Assembly: GCF_044324785.1 (NCBI RefSeq)
Contig: NZ_CP172127.1
From: Escherichia coli
Lineage (GTDB): Bacteria; Pseudomonadota; Gammaproteobacteria; Enterobacterales; Enterobacteriaceae
Length of the DNA: 64,000 nt
Reading direction: 5' to 3' (one strand)
Part shown: positions 34,690-48,636 of the stretch, in pieces
Numbering within the stretch: position 1 is the first letter of the stretch
How the letters are laid out: each line of letters starts with the position of its first letter
The notes under the pieces: model-generated
What the model saw: only the letters and a program-made list of their open reading frames with translations
Told to the model about the DNA's origin: nothing
The model's database searches: none
Position numbers and translations under genes: made by a program

Positions 34690-36840
34690 TTAACGCCGCC
34701 GACGGCGTGGGGATTTCGTTTTTTCTTTCTTTTTAACTATACCTTCAGGGACTTCCGGTTGCTCTATCGGAAATACCGGTAATGCATCCAGTAGCCGCTT
34801 GCCATAATTTTTGGTCAGCAAGCGTTTGTCGTAAATCACCACTTCGCCCCAGCAACCGTGGCTTCGAATCAGTCGCCCAACCTGCTGAATCAGGTTAAAC
34901 GAGGCGCTCGGCAGGCTTTGCACCTCAAACGGATAGCGGTTGAGGCTTTTCAGCCATTCTCCTTCGGTGATCACCACCGGGCTGTCGATGGGCGGAAAAG
35001 CGATTTTGTGGATATGCACCTGGCTGAGCAGATCGCCTTTCAAATCAAGCCCTTCGGCAAATGACTGCAAGCCCACCAGCACGCTACGCTCACCGTTGGC
35101 AACGCGTTTGCGGTGCAGTTCAACTAAACGGTAACGCGGCTGATCGCCCTGCACCAGCAACATCAGGCGTAAATCCGTCACATAGTCGAGAAACCGCTGC
35201 ATCGCCCGTCCGCTGGCAAACAGTACCAACATACCGAGATGTTTTTTGCTCTCCACCTGTTTACGGAAAAAGGCCGCCATTTCGGCAATGTGCTGCTCTT
35301 CGTTGTCGATGGAAGGCTCAACGCGCATCCGGGGAATAACAATTTTGCCCTGTTCGCAGTGGTTAAAGGGCGAATCCAGCGCCACAAAGCGGTCGCCCGC
35401 TTTCTCTTTCAGCCCGCTCATCTCCTGCAAACGCGAAAAACTGTTCAGCGAACGCAAGGTTGCGGAAGTGACAATAATGTGCGGAATACTGCGCCACAGC
35501 AGCCTTTCCAGCTGATCGCTGACACGAATACCCACGCAGTGAAACCAGAGATGCAGCTGCCCTTCGCGCTCTTCCCGCGTCGCCCATTTGGTCACCGGCG
35601 CACCGGAAGATTGCGCCAGAGACGCCAGCCGCCAGAGTTTGCTTTGCGCCTCGAACATCCCCAGCGCGCGGTTCATCTGCAAAATCAACCGATGCAGACG
35701 TACAATGTCATGGCTGCCGGTTTTCTCACTTAAATCGTTAAGAAATAACTCCGCCAGACCACGCAGCATCTCGGTGAGTTTTGCCAGCCGTTGGCAGATC
35801 TCCAGCACTTCATCAGGCAGTTCGCCCATCGCAAAACGGTGCTCTGCCTCCTGCCCGGCAGGCATGTAGAGGTTGAGAATGTTGTTTAACGAGGCGATAA
35901 GCTCATACAACTCTTCACAATGGGCATTCAAACGCTCGGGGATCGCCAGCGGAGGGATGGTCTTCGGGCGAAACTGCTCCATACAGGTAGCGACCAGTTT
36001 CGTGAACAAGTCCAGCTGTAGCCGATACCAGGGCGCGGTGATTTCGGCGCTCATCTCCAGCGCATCCCGTGCCACATCCGGCAGGTGATGACCTTCGTCC
36101 AGCACCAGCAGTAAATTTTTCGGGTCAGGCAATACGGCTTCGCTTTCCATCGCCGCCATCACCAGCGCATGGTTTGCCACTACAACTTCCGCTTCCTGAA
36201 TTTCCCGACGAGCGACAAAAAACGGGCATTCGCGATAGTAATAACAGTTGCGGTTGAGGCAGCTGGCTTTGTCGGTACTCAACCGACGCCAGAGATCATC
36301 ATCAATGGCGATATCCGTATGATCGCGCAGACCATCCCATTTATAAGTGTCGAGATCGCCCTTCAACTTTGCACAACGCTTTTGCTCTTCCTGATTGTTC
36401 GGCGTCAGCTCGTCGTCAAGAAACGCCAGCAGATCCTGTTGCGTGGGTTCAGTACTGGCAAGCGCTGTCAGATTACGCGGGCAAACGTAGCGCCCACGCC
36501 CAAAAGCGGCAGTGAATTTAAGATCGGGAATGATCTTTTTCAGCAATGGTAAATCTTTGCTGTAGATCTGATCCTGCAACGCCACGTTGGCGGTACTCAC
36601 CACCAACGTTTTTTGCTCTTCGCGGGCAATGGCGATGCCGGGAATCAAATAGGAGAGCGTTTTCCCAACGCCGGTGGGTGCTTCAATCGCCAGATGCCGC
36701 CCTTCTTCTCCGGCCAGCGTTTTGGCGACGTCCGCAATCATCTGCCGCTGCGGCGCACGGGGAATAAAGTCGGGGATCTGTTCCTGAAGCGCCTTATACC
36801 AGGCGGCAATTTGCGCTTTAAGCGCGGCGGTTAATGCCAT
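34690..36840 (-). CDS. dinG: ATP-dependent DNA helicase DinG
   Basis: 716 aa; Walker A APTGVGKT; DEGH box; Fe-S cluster cysteines. Confidence 0.9.
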   Translation of the reverse strand: MALTAALKAQIAAWYKALQEQIPDFIPRAPQRQMIADVAKTLAGEEGRHLAIEAPTGVGKTLSYLIPGIAIAREEQKTLVVSTANVALQDQIYSKDLPLLKKIIPDLKFTAAFGRGRYVCPRNLTALASTEPTQQDLLAFLDDELTPNNQEEQKRCAKLKGDLDTYKWDGLRDHTDIAIDDDLWRRLSTDKASCLNRNCYYYRECPFFVARREIQEAEVVVANHALVMAAMESEAVLPDPKNLLLVLDEGHHLPDVARDALEMSAEITAPWYRLQLDLFTKLVATCMEQFRPKTIPPLAIPERLNAHCEELYELIASLNNILNLYMPAGQEAEHRFAMGELPDEVLEICQRLAKLTEMLRGLAELFLNDLSEKTGSHDIVRLHRLILQMNRALGMFEAQSKLWRLASLAQSSGAPVTKWATREEREGQLHLWFHCVGIRVSDQLERLLWRSIPHIIVTSATLRSLNSFSRLQEMSGLKEKAGDRFVALDSPFNHCEQGKIVIPRMRVEPSIDNEEQHIAEMAAFFRKQVESKKHLGMLVLFASGRAMQRFLDYVTDLRLMLLVQGDQPRYRLVELHRKRVANGERSVLVGLQSFAEGLDLKGDLLSQVHIHKIAFPPIDSPVVITEGEWLKSLNRYPFEVQSLPSASFNLIQQVGRLIRSHGCWGEVVIYDKRLLTKNYGKRLLDALPVFPIEQPEVPEGIVKKKEKTKSPRRRRR

Positions 36841-36854
36841 GAGAAAACCTGAAA

Positions 36855-36874
36855 TACTGTATAAACAGCCAATA
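36855..36874. promoter_or_regulatory. LexA (SOS) box of dinG, asymmetric type
   Basis: tactgtataaacagccaata immediately upstream of the dinG start; CTG...CAG half-sites with non-canonical spacing. Confidence 0.6.
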
Positions 36875-37010
36875 TTGTGGCATTTTTCGGTTTTCAGGGG
36901 TAATGGTTTTTCTGTTTCTGGAAAGCGGCTCGCAATAACGTTTTCTGGAAGTGAGATTTTCCCGCAGCAGAAGAAACATCATTGCGTAGTAAAAGACAAT
37001 GCACGCAGGC

Positions 37011-37292
37011 TTATTGCGCTGGTGGCCATTGCAGGGCGGTATGCAAAACACGCAGTACCGAGAGCGTATCGCCCTCCACTTGGTAGATCAGCACATAATG
37101 CGGTCTGACAACGGCTTCATGAGTGCCAGCGACTCGTCCGGCCCGATACATCTGCGGGCGTTCACAAACCTGTTCCGCAATGGCTTCAAATTGATTATCA
37201 AGGGCAATTGCCGCTTGCGGATTATCTTTACTGATGTATACCATGATTTGCTCCCTGTCAGACAGGGACATTGGCTTCCATTCCAGACGCAT
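37011..37292 (-). CDS. RelE/ParE-family toxin (ParE-like), 93 aa
   Basis: Pattern typical of ParE/RelE-fold toxins (YISKDNPQAA ... YVLIYQVEGDTLSVLRVLHTALQWP); start ATG overlaps the upstream stop (TAATG). Confidence 0.7.
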   Translation of the reverse strand: MRLEWKPMSLSDREQIMVYISKDNPQAAIALDNQFEAIAEQVCERPQMYRAGRVAGTHEAVVRPHYVLIYQVEGDTLSVLRVLHTALQWPPAQ

Positions 37293-37732
37293 TAATCCCC
37301 CTTCAACAAGGCTTTTTTACGGGCAGCAAATAGACTTTTGGCCTCTTCATGAGAGAGCGCTGGGCGTGGATCGTCAATGGCGGCCTGCACCTGCTCTCGA
37401 AACCAGGCATCATACGCGGCAGCTTCATGAGCTCGTTTTAATGCCTCTGCCCTGTCAGGTCGGGTCGTTTTCTTCTGACCATCCGGGTCGTAATTAGAGG
37501 CGTCGACTTCAAACCGGGCAATACCAACATCTTTCAGGTAGTTGACAACCGTTTCCAGCCGTTTGAACAGGCGGATTTGCCGACTGCGTTGTGCTGCAAG
37601 AGGCCGTTCAGTGTGGCCGTATTTCACGGTCAACGACCAGCCTCCCTGGGTGCCAATAACGTGTGCTGCATCCACTACGCCAGACTCAACCAGTTTATGT
37701 AAGGTTGAGTGATCGATCGTTTCTGGTGCCAT
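37292..37732 (-). CDS. putative antitoxin partner of the ParE-like toxin, atypically long (146 aa), function unknown
   Basis: Coupled to the toxin gene by a 1-nt overlap; AGAGG about 10 nt upstream of the ATG; no confident family assignment by eye. Confidence 0.55.
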   Translation of the reverse strand: MAPETIDHSTLHKLVESGVVDAAHVIGTQGGWSLTVKYGHTERPLAAQRSRQIRLFKRLETVVNYLKDVGIARFEVDASNYDPDGQKKTTRPDRAEALKRAHEAAAYDAWFREQVQAAIDDPRPALSHEEAKSLFAARKKALLKGD

Positions 37733-37768
37733 AATGCGCTAACCTCTTTGTATACAGCATGCAATTTA

Positions 37769-37812
37769 TAATTAAAGATAGCGCAATTAATAATTAAAGA
37801 TAGCGCAATTAA
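37769..37812. repeat. perfect tandem direct repeat, 2 x 22 bp, in the promoter region of the toxin-antitoxin-like operon
   Basis: taattaaagatagcgcaattaa at 37769-37790 and again at 37791-37812, 37-80 bp upstream of the start at 37732; candidate operator. Confidence 0.6.
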
Positions 37813-37909
37813 TAATAAATTGCATTTTTTGATCGTAAATTGTCCAGGGTGAAATTGCGGTAGAAAGAGACTTGTTGCGAAGATGCCGGGCATCGCCCGG
37901 CATAAAAAG

Positions 37910-39271
37910 TTACTGCGCAGCGGCAGGTTTACGCGGACGGCGGCGACGTTGTTGTTCGCCTGCCGGTTTGGCATCGCCGAGACGACGAGACGGTTTTTCT
38001 GCAGGTTTTGCGCTTGCAGATTTTGCACCACCTTCAGCGCGGCGTGGTTGCTGTTGACCGCGACCACCGCCTTGTCCACGACCGCCGCCACGTTGCTGGC
38101 GACCATTCTGGATCGGTTCGGCTTTGATTGACGGGTCCGGCTCATAGCCCGGAATCGCAATGCGCGGGATCTCTTTTTTCAGCAGTTTTTCGATATCACG
38201 CAGCAGTTTGTGTTCATCCACACACACCAGCGATAACGCTTCACCGGTGGCTGCGGCACGACCGGTACGCCCGATACGGTGGACATAATCTTCCGGTACG
38301 TTTGGCAGTTCATAGTTGACCACGTGCGGCAGCTCTTCAATATCCAGGCCGCGCGCAGCGATGTCAGTTGCCACCAGTACACGAATATCGCCCGATTTAA
38401 AATCGGCCAGCGCACGGGTACGCGCACCTTGCGATTTATTACCGTGGATCGCCGCACTGCGGATGCCATCTTTATTGAGCTGTTCAGCCAGATGGTTAGC
38501 GCCATGTTTGGTACGGGTAAACACCAGCACCTGCTGCCAGTTCCCTTTCCCAATCATGTGCGACAGCAATTCGCGTTTGCGTTTCTTATCAACAAAGTGA
38601 ACATGCTGGGTCACCTGATCAGACGCGGTATTGCGGCGTGCCACTTCGATTTCCAGCGGGTTGTGCAGCAGTTTTTCCGCCAGGTTTTTAATATCGTCAG
38701 AGAAAGTGGCGGAGAACAACAGGTTCTGGCGCTTCGCTGGCAGCTTAGTCAACACACGACGGATATCGTGGATAAAGCCCATATCGAGCATGCGGTCAGC
38801 TTCATCGAGGACGAGAATTTCAACCTGATCCAGCTTCACTGCATTCTGATGTTCCAGGTCCAGCAAACGTCCCGGCGTTGCCACCAGCACATCAACGCCA
38901 CCGCGCAGCTTCATCATCTGCGGGTTGATGCTGACGCCACCAAACACCACCAGCGAACGAATGTTCAGGTATTTGCTGTAATCACGGACGTTTTCGCCAA
39001 TCTGCGCCGCCAGTTCACGGGTCGGGGTAAGAATGAGCGCACGTACCGGACGACGCCCTTTGGCGTGCGGCTGGCGAGTGATCAGGTGTTGCAACAGCGG
39101 CAGCGTAAAGCCCGCTGTTTTGCCGGTACCGGTCTGGGCACTGGCCATCAGGTCGCGGCCCTCCAGCACCGCAGGGATCGCCTGCTGCTGAATAGGGGTG
39201 GGTTCACGGTAACCCTGCTCGGCAACGGCGCGCAGGATATCAGGGCTTAAACCCAAAGAATCGAAAGACAT
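37910..39271 (-). CDS. rhlE: ATP-dependent RNA helicase RhlE (DEAD-box)
   Basis: 453 aa; Q motif, Walker [13 protein letters not shown] box, RG-rich C-terminal tail. Confidence 0.9.
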   Translation of the reverse strand: MSFDSLGLSPDILRAVAEQGYREPTPIQQQAIPAVLEGRDLMASAQTGTGKTAGFTLPLLQHLITRQPHAKGRRPVRALILTPTRELAAQIGENVRDYSKYLNIRSLVVFGGVSINPQMMKLRGGVDVLVATPGRLLDLEHQNAVKLDQVEILVLDEADRMLDMGFIHDIRRVLTKLPAKRQNLLFSATFSDDIKNLAEKLLHNPLEIEVARRNTASDQVTQHVHFVDKKRKRELLSHMIGKGNWQQVLVFTRTKHGANHLAEQLNKDGIRSAAIHGNKSQGARTRALADFKSGDIRVLVATDIAARGLDIEELPHVVNYELPNVPEDYVHRIGRTGRAAATGEALSLVCVDEHKLLRDIEKLLKKEIPRIAIPGYEPDPSIKAEPIQNGRQQRGGGRGQGGGRGQQQPRRAEGGAKSASAKPAEKPSRRLGDAKPAGEQQRRRRPRKPAAAQ

Positions 39272-39499
39272 AACTACTCCGAACCGCCCCGACCGTTACC
39301 GGTGTAGTTTTCAGGGAGATACTGAAAAGGAAAATGACAAAAACCACAATGTCATGAGGGAGCGGAGTGTAGCAGTTTTTGTGACGCAGCGCATAAATTA
39401 TCCCTGTGACTGGCGTAGCTAAAATTCTTAGCCATACTGGACAACTCCCCTATGGAGTCATAATCTTAATCAATCATTTGATTAAGAATGGACTGTGTG

Positions 39500-42890
<3,391 letters not shown>

Positions 42891-42898
<8 letters not shown>

Positions 42899-44024
42899 TC
42901 CGATCCTGTCCTGGCGTCGCGTGCGGGCACTGTGCGTCAAAGAGACGCGGCAGATCGTTCGCGATCCGAGTAGCTGGCTGATTGCGGTGGTGATCCCGCT
43001 GCTACTGCTGTTTATTTTTGGTTACGGCATTAACCTCGACTCCAGCAAGCTGCGGGTCGGGATTTTACTGGAACAGCGTAGCGAAGCGGCGCTGGATTTC
43101 ACCCACACCATGACCGGTTCGCCCTACATCGACGCCACCATCAGCGATAACCGTCAGGAATTGATCGCCAAAATGCAGGCAGGGAAAATTCGCGGTCTGG
43201 TGGTTATTCCCGTGGATTTCGCCGAACAGATGGAGCGCGCCAACGCCACCGCACCGATTCAGGTGATCACCGACGGCAGTGAGCCGAATACCGCTAACTT
43301 TGTGCAGGGGTATGTCGAAGGGATCTGGCAGATCTGGCAAATGCAGCGGGCGGAGGATAACGGGCAGACTTTTGAGCCGCTTATTGATGTACAAACCCGC
43401 TACTGGTTTAACCCGGCGGCAATAAGCCAGCACTTTATTATCCCCGGTGCGGTGACCATTATCATGACGGTCATCGGCGCGATCCTCACCTCGCTGGTGG
43501 TGGCGCGAGAATGGGAACGCGGCACCATGGAGGCTCTGCTCTCTACGGAGATTACCCGCACGGAACTGCTGCTGTGTAAGCTGATCCCTTATTACTTTCT
43601 CGGGATGCTGGCGATGTTGCTGTGTATGCTGGTGTCAGTGTTTATTCTCGGCGTACCGTATCGCGGTTCGCTGCTGATTCTGTTTTTTATCTCCAGCCTG
43701 TTTTTACTCAGTACCCTGGGGATGGGGCTGCTGATTTCCACGATAACCCGCAACCAGTTCAATGCCGCTCAGGTCGCTCTGAACGCGGCTTTTCTGCCGT
43801 CGATTATGCTTTCCGGCTTTATTTTTCAAATCGACAGTATGCCCGCGGTGATCCGCGCGGTGACGTACATTATTCCCGCTCGTTATTTCGTCAGCACCCT
43901 GCAAAGCCTGTTCCTCGCCGGGAATATTCCAGTGGTGCTGGTGGTAAACGTGCTGTTTTTGATCGCTTCGGCGGTGATGTTTATCGGCCTGACGTGGCTG
44001 AAAACCAAACGTCGGCTGGATTAG
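42891..44024 (+). CDS. ybhS: ABC-2 family permease YbhS
   Basis: ORF 42885..44024; start [10 protein letters not shown] at 42891. Confidence 0.85.
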
Positions 44025-44034
44025 GGAGAAGAGC

Positions 44035-45141
44035 ATGTTTCATCGCTTATGGACGTTAATCCGCAAAGAGTTGCAGTCGCTGCTGCGCGAACCGCAAACC
44101 CGTGCGATTCTGATTTTACCCGTGCTGATTCAGGTGATCCTGTTCCCGTTCGCCGCCACGCTGGAAGTGACTAACGCCACCATCGCCATCTACGATGAAG
44201 ATAACGGCGAGCACTCGGTAGAACTTACTCAACGTTTTGCCCGCGCCAGCGCCTTTACCCATGTGCTGCTACTGAAAAGCCCGCAGGAGATCCGCCCGAC
44301 CATCGACACGCAAAAGGCGTTACTACTGGTACGTTTCCCGGCTGACTTCTCGCGCAAACTGGATACCTTCCAGACCGCGCCGTTGCAGTTGATCCTCGAC
44401 GGGCGTAACTCCAACAGTGCGCAAATTGCCGCTAACTACCTGCAACAGATCGTCAAAAATTATCAGCAGGAGCTGCTGGAAGGAAAACCGAAACCCAACA
44501 ACAGCGAGCTGGTAGTACGCAACTGGTATAACCCGAATCTCGACTACAAATGGTTTGTGGTGCCGTCGCTGATCGCCATGATCACCACTATCGGCGTAAT
44601 GATCGTCACTTCACTTTCTGTCGCCCGCGAACGTGAACAAGGTACGCTCGATCAGTTACTGGTCTCACCGCTCACTACCTGGCAGATCTTCATCGGCAAA
44701 GCCGTACCGGCATTAATTGTCGCCACCTTCCAGGCCACCATTGTGCTGGCGATTGGTATCTGGGCGTATCAAATCCCCTTCGCCGGATCGCTGGCGCTGT
44801 TCTACTTTACGATGGTGATTTACGGTTTATCGCTGGTGGGATTCGGTCTGTTGATTTCATCACTCTGCTCGACACAACAGCAGGCGTTTATCGGCGTGTT
44901 TGTTTTTATGATGCCCGCCATTCTCCTTTCCGGTTACGTTTCTCCGGTGGAAAACATGCCAGTATGGCTGCAAAACCTGACGTGGATTAACCCTATTCGC
45001 CACTTTACGGACATTACCAAGCAGATTTATTTGAAGGATGCGAGTCTGGATATTGTGTGGAATAGTTTGTGGCCGCTACTGGTGATAACGGCCACGACAG
45101 GGTCAGCGGCGTACGCGATGTTTAGACGTAAGGTGATGTAA
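44035..45141 (+). CDS. ybhR: ABC-2 family permease YbhR
   Basis: 368 aa, paralogous to YbhS. Confidence 0.85.
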
Positions 45142-45513
45142 CTTCTTATCTTTCGCCAGCAAAGACACTACCGCCGGGCCGGCAAGGATTGCCAGCCCTG
45201 CAATTGCCAGCAAAAAGTTGTTTTCCAGTACGCGGGACAACAGCCACAGCACAATCAGCGCTGCGCCAAAATACCAGGTCGTAGTCAGCTCTTCCAGCAC
45301 GTCTGCCACCTCACGCCAGCGTTGCTCGGGGTGGCGCTGAAACACCAGCATCATCACTACCGTGACACAATACAGTGCGCATAATCCCACGCCGACGTGA
45401 ACCAGAGTCTTACTCATCCAGCCCACCACCAGCAGCGCCACTACCAGTAAATGCAACATAATCTGCCAGCAACTTAGACCCGTTGCGACACGAACACGTT
45501 GTTGCCACTTCAT
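45103..45513 (-). CDS. ybhQ: inner membrane protein YbhQ
   Basis: 136 aa, four predicted TM segments; 39-bp convergent overlap with ybhR. Confidence 0.8.
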
Positions 45514-45645
45514 GGCTTCTCTCCTGAAGAATTTATCTCTACTTACTCAGAGTACCGAACTTTACGGAAAATTCCGTAAGACCGCACCTTTTTGTGACGC
45601 CGACTACACTATTTCAATGAGATAAGAGGCAAAGACAGGAAAATT

Positions 45646-46407
45646 ATGCCCGATCAAACACAACAATTTTCGTTCAAGGTGCTCACCATCAATATTCACA
45701 AAGGCTTTACCGCGTTTAACCGACGCTTCATTTTGCCGGAACTTCGCGACGCCGTGCGTACCGTCAGCGCCGATATTGTTTGCCTGCAGGAAGTGATGGG
45801 CGCGCACGAAGTTCATCCGCTGCATGTGGAAAACTGGCCCGATACTTCGCACTACGAGTTTCTCGCCGACACTATGTGGAGCGATTTTGCCTATGGTCGC
45901 AATGCCGTATACCCGGAAGGGCATCACGGTAACGCGGTTCTTTCACGTTATCCCATTGAACATTATGAGAATCGTGATGTTTCGGTCGATGGTGCGGAAA
46001 AGCGCGGCGTGCTCTACTGCCGCATTGTGCCGCCGATGACCGGGAAAGCGATTCATGTGATGTGTGTACATCTGGGCCTGCGTGAGGCGCACCGTCAGGC
46101 GCAGCTTGCGATGCTCGCCGAATGGGTGAATGAGCTGCCGGACGGCGAACCGGTATTGGTGGCGGGTGATTTCAACGACTGGCGGCAAAAAGCTAATCAT
46201 CCGTTAAAAGTGCAGGCCGGGCTGGATGAGATATTTACCCGCGCCCACGGACGCCCGGCGCGCACGTTTCCGGTGCAATTTCCTCTACTACGACTGGACA
46301 GGATCTACGTCAAAAATGCCAGCGCCAGCGCGCCAACCGCGTTGCCGCTGCGGACATGGCGACACCTTTCTGATCATGCCCCTTTAAGTGCGGAGATTCA
46401 TTTATGA
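45646..46407 (+). CDS. ybhP: endonuclease/exonuclease/phosphatase-family protein YbhP
   Basis: 253 aa recognised as YbhP. Confidence 0.85.
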
Positions 46408-47645
46408 AATGTAGCTGGCGCGAAGGCAATAAGATCCAGTTGCTGGAAAACGGCGAGCAATATTATCCCGCGGTGTTTAAGGCGATTGGCGAGGCACAAG
46501 AACGCATCATTCTTGAAACGTTTATCTGGTTTGAGGATGACGTCGGCAAACAGCTGCATGCGGCGCTACTGGCAGCAGCGCAACGCGGGGTAAAAGCGGA
46601 AGTCTTGCTGGATGGCTACGGTTCGCCGGATCTCAGCGATGAGTTTGTCAATGAACTGACGGCAGCTGGCGTGGTGTTCCGCTACTACGATCCCCGCCCT
46701 CGCCTTTTTGGTATGCGCACCAATGTGTTTCGCCGGATGCATCGCAAAATTGTGGTGATCGACGCGCGTATTGCCTTTATTGGCGGGTTGAACTACTCCG
46801 CCGAGCATATGTCCAGCTACGGTCCGGAGGCTAAACAGGATTACGCGGTACGCCTCGAAGGGCCGATTGTCGAAGATATTCTCCAGTTTGAGCTGGAAAA
46901 CTTGCCAGGACAAAGCGCGGCACGACGCTGGTGGCGACGTCATCATAAAGCGGAAGAAAATCGCCAGCCGGGAGAAGCGCAGGTATTGCTGGTCTGGCGC
47001 GATAACGAAGAACATCGCGATGATATCGAACGCCACTATCTGAAAATGCTCACTCAGGCGCGGCGGGAAGTGATTATCGCCAACGCCTACTTCTTCCCCG
47101 GCTATCGATTTTTACACGCCTTGCGTAAAGCGGCACGGCGCGGGGTGCGGATCAAACTGATCATTCAGGGCGAACCGGATATGCCGATTGTCAGAGTCGG
47201 TGCACGCTTGCTGTATAACTATCTGGTTAAAGGCGGCGTTCAGGTGTTTGAGTACCGCCGCCGTCCGCTACATGGCAAAGTGGCATTGATGGACGATCAC
47301 TGGGCGACGGTAGGGTCCAGTAATCTCGATCCGCTCAGTTTGTCACTGAATCTCGAAGCAAATGTCATCATCCACGATCGTCATTTTAACCAGACGCTGC
47401 GTGATAATCTGAACGGCATTATCGCCGCAGACTGCCAGCAGGTGGATGAAACCATGCTGCCCAAACGCACCTGGTGGAATCTGACCAAAAGCGTGCTGGC
47501 GTTCCACTTTTTACGCCACTTCCCGGCGCTGGTCGGCTGGCTTCCGGCACACACACCACGTCTGGCGCAGGTTGACCCGCCCGCTCAGCCGACAATGGAA
47601 ACGCAGGATCGGGTAGAAACTGAAAACACGGGGGTAAAACCCTGA
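46404..47645 (+). CDS. clsB: cardiolipin synthase B (phospholipase D family)
   Basis: 413 aa; two HKD motifs ([16 protein letters not shown]). Confidence 0.9.
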
Positions 47646-48601
47646 TGAGTAAATCACACCCGCGCTGGCGCTTAGCAAAGAAGATCCTCACCTGGCTGTT
47701 TTTTATCGCGGTGATTGTGTTGCTGGTGGTCTACGCCAAAAAGGTGGACTGGGAAGAGGTCTGGAAGGTCATCCGCGACTACAATCGCGTTGCGCTGCTT
47801 AGTGCGGTCGGGCTGGTGGTCGTCAGTTATCTGATTTACGGCTGCTATGACCTGCTCGCCCGCTTTTACTGCGGTCACAAACTGGCGAAGCGCCAGGTGA
47901 TGCTGGTGTCGTTTATCTGCTACGCCTTCAACCTGACGCTCAGTACCTGGGTCGGCGGCATTGGTATGCGCTATCGTTTGTACTCCCGGCTAGGGTTACC
48001 GGGCAGCACCATTACGCGGATTTTCTCGCTGAGTATTACCACCAACTGGCTGGGCTATATTTTACTGGCGGGGATTATCTTTACCGCGGGCGTGGTGGAG
48101 CTGCCGGATCACTGGTATGTCGATCAAACTACACTGCGTATTCTCGGCATTGGCTTATTGATGATTATCGCGGTTTATTTGTGGTTTTGCGCTTTCGCGA
48201 AGCACCGCCATATGACCATCAAAGGGCAAAAACTGGTGCTGCCTTCATGGAAATTTGCCCTCGCCCAGATGCTGATTTCCAGCGTTAACTGGATGGTAAT
48301 GGGAGCGATTATCTGGCTGTTACTCGGTCAAAGCGTAAACTATTTCTTTGTACTGGGTGTGTTGCTGGTTAGTAGCATTGCTGGCGTCATCGTGCATATT
48401 CCGGCGGGAATTGGTGTGCTGGAAGCGGTATTTATCGCGCTACTGGCTGGGGAGCATACCTCCAAAGGCACAATTATCGCCGCCCTGCTCGCTTACCGTG
48501 TGCTGTATTACTTTATCCCACTGCTGCTGGCGCTGATCTGTTACCTGCTACTGGAAAGTCAGGCGAAGAAGCTACGGGCGAAAAATGAAGCGGCGATGTG
48601 A
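47645..48601 (+). CDS. ybhN: inner membrane protein YbhN
   Basis: 318 aa polytopic membrane protein; overlaps clsB stop. Confidence 0.85.
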   Translation: MSKSHPRWRLAKKILTWLFFIAVIVLLVVYAKKVDWEEVWKVIRDYNRVALLSAVGLVVVSYLIYGCYDLLARFYCGHKLAKRQVMLVSFICYAFNLTLSTWVGGIGMRYRLYSRLGLPGSTITRIFSLSITTNWLGYILLAGIIFTAGVVELPDHWYVDQTTLRILGIGLLMIIAVYLWFCAFAKHRHMTIKGQKLVLPSWKFALAQMLISSVNWMVMGAIIWLLLGQSVNYFFVLGVLLVSSIAGVIVHIPAGIGVLEAVFIALLAGEHTSKGTIIAALLAYRVLYYFIPLLLALICYLLLESQAKKLRAKNEAAM

Positions 48602-48636
48602 AGTTTAGTTAAGTTCTTTAGTATGTGCATTTACGA

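Noticed and set aside
37769-37812. Possible CRISPR array at the 22-bp tandem repeat
   Set aside because: Only two contiguous repeat copies with no spacers and no cas genes nearby; better explained as an operator duplication.
37883-37899. Hairpin gccgggcatcgcccggc just downstream of rhlE as an intrinsic terminator
   Set aside because: No U-tract follows it in the rhlE transcript direction; it may be a REP-like or Rho-dependent element, so I did not call it.
38279-39250. 323-aa plus-strand ORF antisense to rhlE
   Set aside because: It is entirely inside rhlE on the opposite strand; rhlE has strong helicase motifs while this translation has none.
38890-39271. RG/GGR-rich stretch read as a possible repeat element
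   Set aside because: It encodes the known low-complexity C-terminal tail of RhlE; the repetition is at protein level within a coding gene.
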